From Macrostomum hystrix (lineage: Eukaryota > Animalia > Platyhelminthes), in NCBI GenBank assembly GCA_950097015.1, contig CATNEN010000003.1:10478001-10542000 (forward strand): a stretch of 64,000 nt of DNA. The letters are read 5' to 3'. Every line of letters begins with the position of its first letter. The first letter of the stretch is position 1. Below are positions 59,977-64,000 of this stretch, in pieces. The notes beneath the pieces were generated by a model. The model did not search any database. It was not told the DNA's origin and saw only the letters and a list, made by a program, of their open reading frames with translations. The position numbers and the translations under genes were made by a program.

Positions 59977-61038
59977 ATGTACCGACGCTATCGTCTGCTG
60001 GAGCTGAAGAAATTTCGTCCGGACACTCAACCACAGCCAGACGGTGTCAATTTGGAAGCCATGCCTGTTGTTGACTGGGTTTCTCGCTACCGCCTCCAGT
60101 CCTCCGGTCAGGGCCTGGCTAGCTGTTCCGGATTGGACGAAGAAGCTTTCCTAACCATTCAGCAGGCCCTGCAGTTGAACAACGATTCGTCAGCGATGCA
60201 ACGATCTCCGCTGCTTCTGGCTGGACCAACGGGCAGTGGAAAGACTCACCTGGTCAACTGTCTGGCTGCTGAGCGTTCGACGGATTTGATCGTCCTTAGA
60301 GTTCCGGCGTCTGTTTTGCTTAATTCAGATGGTGAAACTCGACAATTGTTTCAACAACTGCAGCAGCAGCAGCAGCAGCAGCAGCAGCTACAACACCAGA
60401 AACGATACCTCTTGGCCATAGACAATGTCGAGATGTTGCTGGACGGCGATTCCATAGACGCGAACTCGGCTAGTCGAATCCTAGCAGAGCTAACCGATTG
60501 TCTACTGAGTAGCAGACGACTGTCTGTTGTCTTGGTCACACAAAGACCATGGTTGCTGATGCGGCATCAGCCAAGACTGTGCCGCCTTTTTAGAAACAGC
60601 ACAGTGTGCTTGTCGAGACCTCCGGATAGAGCTGAACGCCACAGAATTTTAACCGGCTTGGCCAAACGACCAGACGCATTCGCGCCGTTTCAGGCCTCAC
60701 TAAAAGCGTCAGATTTCTTTGGCAAAGATCCATCGCCAGTTGCTCAAGCGATCCTAGCAGCCAGCGATGGCATGTCGCCAAGGGATCTAGTTTGCGTACT
60801 CCATCAGGCGGCAAATTATCCCATTAAACAATTAGTTTATAAACGCGTTCGACTTGTTCAAGAAGACGAACATTTGCAGTTTCGACCGGAGGATATCGAC
60901 AATGTGCTGGCTGAGTGTCAGTACAGTGTCAGCGACGATGTCTGGCGAGAGTACAGCTCGTGGATTGTCGAGTTTGTTAGCCAATCAACCGACGAAGCAG
61001 ATCATAGTGATTATGATCCAAATCCCAGTGATGATTAG
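59977..61038 (+). CDS. Divergent AAA+ ATPase-domain protein, probably of the spastin/katanin/fidgetin/VPS4 clade, about 353 aa, intronless
   Basis: Walker A LLLAGPTGSGKT; Walker B-like LLAIDNVE; VTQRPW (cf. ATNRPW); PPDRAERHRIL; GMSPRDL; Vps4_C-like SVSDDVWREYSSWIVEF. First ATG at 59977; the frame is open from 59782. Confidence 0.8.
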   Translation: MYRRYRLLELKKFRPDTQPQPDGVNLEAMPVVDWVSRYRLQSSGQGLASCSGLDEEAFLTIQQALQLNNDSSAMQRSPLLLAGPTGSGKTHLVNCLAAERSTDLIVLRVPASVLLNSDGETRQLFQQLQQQQQQQQQLQHQKRYLLAIDNVEMLLDGDSIDANSASRILAELTDCLLSSRRLSVVLVTQRPWLLMRHQPRLCRLFRNSTVCLSRPPDRAERHRILTGLAKRPDAFAPFQASLKASDFFGKDPSPVAQAILAASDGMSPRDLVCVLHQAANYPIKQLVYKRVRLVQEDEHLQFRPEDIDNVLAECQYSVSDDVWREYSSWIVEFVSQSTDEADHSDYDPNPSDD

Positions 61039-62299
61039 TCGGTCCGTGATCTGCTGGGATGTACTTTTAGATTAAATATGAATACGATTAACATTGTTTT
61101 ATGATTTTAAATGTCATCATTTGAAGAAATGTAAGATTTTCTCAGGTGAAGACCTATGATATTTTATACATTTTATTCTATATTTCTTCCATTACATTTT
61201 ATAAGCTGTTTATTGTTAAATTATTCAACCTATGGCTACAAAAATCAAGATGATAATGATAGTGATTGTATATATATCATCCACGGTATTGTCGAGTATA
61301 TTATATTATAACAAAAAGCTATTAATTAAAATTATTTTACTTCTCCAAAATTATATAGAAATACCTTATTTTATTTGTAAATTGTATTAGTTTAAAAAAC
61401 TATCATATACAATCATTGCACATGAAAAGAACAGTAAATTTATTTGTAAATTTGTTTTCCCTATTTCCAAATGCACTTTTTACTTAAAATAATTGTGTTT
61501 CCTATTTATTAAATTTAAACGTGAAATATTTTTGGAGTTTTTATTTATATTTTTTATCAAATAAACAGTTACTAAGATTCAAAGCGACAGTGGACCTTGT
61601 ACTTGTATTATGTTATGCTTTTCTTGAATTTAACTTCCATAATTTGCAGATTACGATCGTCTTGCCGATTTCAACAAAAAGTCTCCACAAATACAGAATC
61701 TAAAGAGATTATTTAAAGAATAAATATATAGCTTTGTTAAATTATAGTATAGTATTGACTATTTTGCTTTTAACAAGCACATAAAAATTAGATAGTTTTT
61801 TAGTTTTGCAAAAAAAATGTCGCTGTCCAGCCAAATATATGCCTGCTCTAGAGTGGCCTTACTAACTCATTAGGCAAAAAAACGTTGGATACAAATATGA
61901 CTGACATATCCCGACTGCATGTATTAAGTGGATAACAAGGCTCATTACTATCCGATCCCCTTTTGCCTATTAGTTTTTCCCCTTAACTAAACGGAATAAA
62001 AATGAGCTACAGCAGCAGATGGGATAATCAAATCGGTGTGCTTTGAGATATGTCTACGTTGAAAATAGACGCTAATTGTATAGCTGATGGGATCCTGAGT
62101 CCGGGATATTTGGGAATAATCAATTTACTCTGCTGTTTACTTGCCTGTAGAGTTGCACTTCTCGAAAGGATACGAAAATCAATACTGGATGAACTGCACT
62201 ACTCAGGCATTCGTGTACTTTTACCAGTTTTGAATCACCCACTATAGAATTCGGCATTGAAAACTCCACTAGAGGGGAATGACACTATAATATAGCACT

Positions 62300-62535
62300 C
62301 TGGTGAAATATCACTCTCTTAAAATGTCACTCTTTAGAATTGCCACTCTCTAGAATTGTCACTCTTTTGAAATTTCACTCTTTTGAAATGACGATTTCTA
62401 GAAATGTCACTCTCTTGAAATGTCAGTCTCTTGAAATTTCACTCTTTTGAAATGTCACTCTCCTGAAATGTCACTCTCCTGAAATGTCACTCTCCTGAAA
62501 TGTCACTCTCCTGAATTGTCACTCTCATGAAATAC
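62300..62535. repeat. 16-bp minisatellite (GAAATGTCACTCTCCT)n, degenerate
   Basis: Tandem units. Confidence 0.85.
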
Positions 62536-63030
62536 GAGTCTACCTATAAGTGTCGCTCCTGAAGTTTCACAATTGGAAAAAGGGACCTTAAATTGAACCT
62601 TTTAGACGCAATCTAGGTTGGGCTTGAGAAAGCAGACACTCCGGAAATATATTATTTTTCTAACCGATCGATCGTGAAAAATTTCAAAGGAAACTCATTT
62701 TCACTCAGAGGAAATGCACAAATTCGCCAGCAATTTTATTTTGGTTGAGCTTCTCAGAAAAGCCGAGATCAATTAAAATCTTCTGTCTCAAAATCGACTC
62801 CTCAGTTATAGGACGAGATGTGAAAGCTTCCTCAGATTTTAGAAAACGAAAAGCTAAAATACACAAACAGGAAAGCTAAAAGCTGGCTTTTAGTCTATTT
62901 TGCTTTTCACTTTTAGCTGTTTGTGATTGATTTTTGTTTTTTCGGCTTTGAAGTCAGGGCCTAGCATTTACTAATGCAGGCGAAACTCGGAGAGTACTTT
63001 GCAACTGAAATAATTATATTATGGTTGCAT

Positions 63031-64000
63031 TCAGTGGATGAAGGAATAGAATGGATTGCTAGTCTAGCCTCTCAGAGGATGAAGGAGTAGAATGGATTGC
63101 TAGTCTAGCCTCTCAGTGGATGAAGAAGTAGAATGGATTGCTAGTCTAGCCTCTCAGTGGATGAAGGAACAGAATGGATTGCTAGTCTAGCCTCTCGGTG
63201 GATGATGGAATAGAATGGATTGCTAGTCTAGCCTCTCGATGGATGAAGGAATAGAATGGATTGCTAGTCTAGCCTCTCGGTGGATGAAGGAATAGAATGG
63301 ATTGCTAGTCTAGCCTCTCAGTGGATGAAGGAATTGAATGGATTGCTAGTCTAGCCTCTCAGAGGATGAAGGAGTAGAATGGATTGCTAGTCTAGCCTCT
63401 CAGTGGATGAAGGAACAGAATGGATTGCTAGTCTAGCCTCTCGGTGGATGATGGAATAGAATGGATTGCTAGTCTAGCCTCTCGATGGATGAAGGAATAG
63501 AATGGATTGCTAGTCTAGCCTCTCGGTGGATGAAGGAATAGAATGGATTGCTAGTCTAGCCTCTCAGTGGATGAAGGAATTGAATGGATTGCTAGTCTAG
63601 CCTCTCGATGGATGAAGGAATAGAATGGATTGCTAGTCTAGCCTCTCGGTGGATGAAGGAATAGAATGGATTGCTAGTCTAGCCTCTCAGTGGATGAAGG
63701 AATTGAATGGATTGCTAGTCTAGCCTCTCAGTGGATGAAGTAGTAGAATGGATTGCTAGTCTAACCTCTCAGTGGATGAAGGAACAGAATGGATTGCTAG
63801 TCTAGCCTCTCGGTGGATGAAGGAATAGAATGGATTGCTAGTCTAGCCTCTCAGTGGATGAAGGAATAGAATGGATTGCTAGTCTAGCCTCTCAGTGTAT
63901 GAAGGAATTGAATGGATTGCTAGTCCAGCCTCTCAGTGGATGAAGGAATAGAATGGATTGCTAGTCTAGCCTCTCAGTGTATGAAGGAATTGAATGGATT
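63031..64000 (+). repeat. 41-bp dispersed minisatellite family, array 4; runs off the window end
   Basis: More than 23 units of the same 41-mer. Confidence 0.97.

Overview
Eukaryotic, invertebrate nuclear DNA, not prokaryotic. The innexin and spliceosomal introns show this directly. Short GC-richer exons in AT-rich DNA, with most longer introns filled by a private minisatellite, are reminiscent of free-living flatworms such as Macrostomum (inference). Gene models hand-spliced from GT-AG sites, all phase-consistent: 3' part of an innexin (+), a 4-exon orphan low-complexity protein (-), an SLC16/MCT transporter (-), Dmrt93B-type DM+DMA factor (+), ATP5IF1 (-), GRK2/3 (-), LRRC74-like (+) and an intronless divergent AAA+ protein (+). 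The best-supported highlight is a complete, apparently intact 3,178-bp P-superfamily transposon (11715-14892). It has perfect 128-bp TIRs, a perfect 8-bp TSD (GGTCTAAT) and a spliced 827-aa THAP/DDE transposase, and sits 133 bp upstream of a host gene. Other elements: a hAT/Charlie-type MITE with an internal minisatellite, two tRNA-derived SINE families (one with a MIR/CORE-like domain), a 41-bp minisatellite at four loci, and twin hairpin elements flanking a condensed copy of a GRK intron. Roughly a third of the window is tandem repeat, and most of the provided ORFs are repeat artefacts. No database searches were run.
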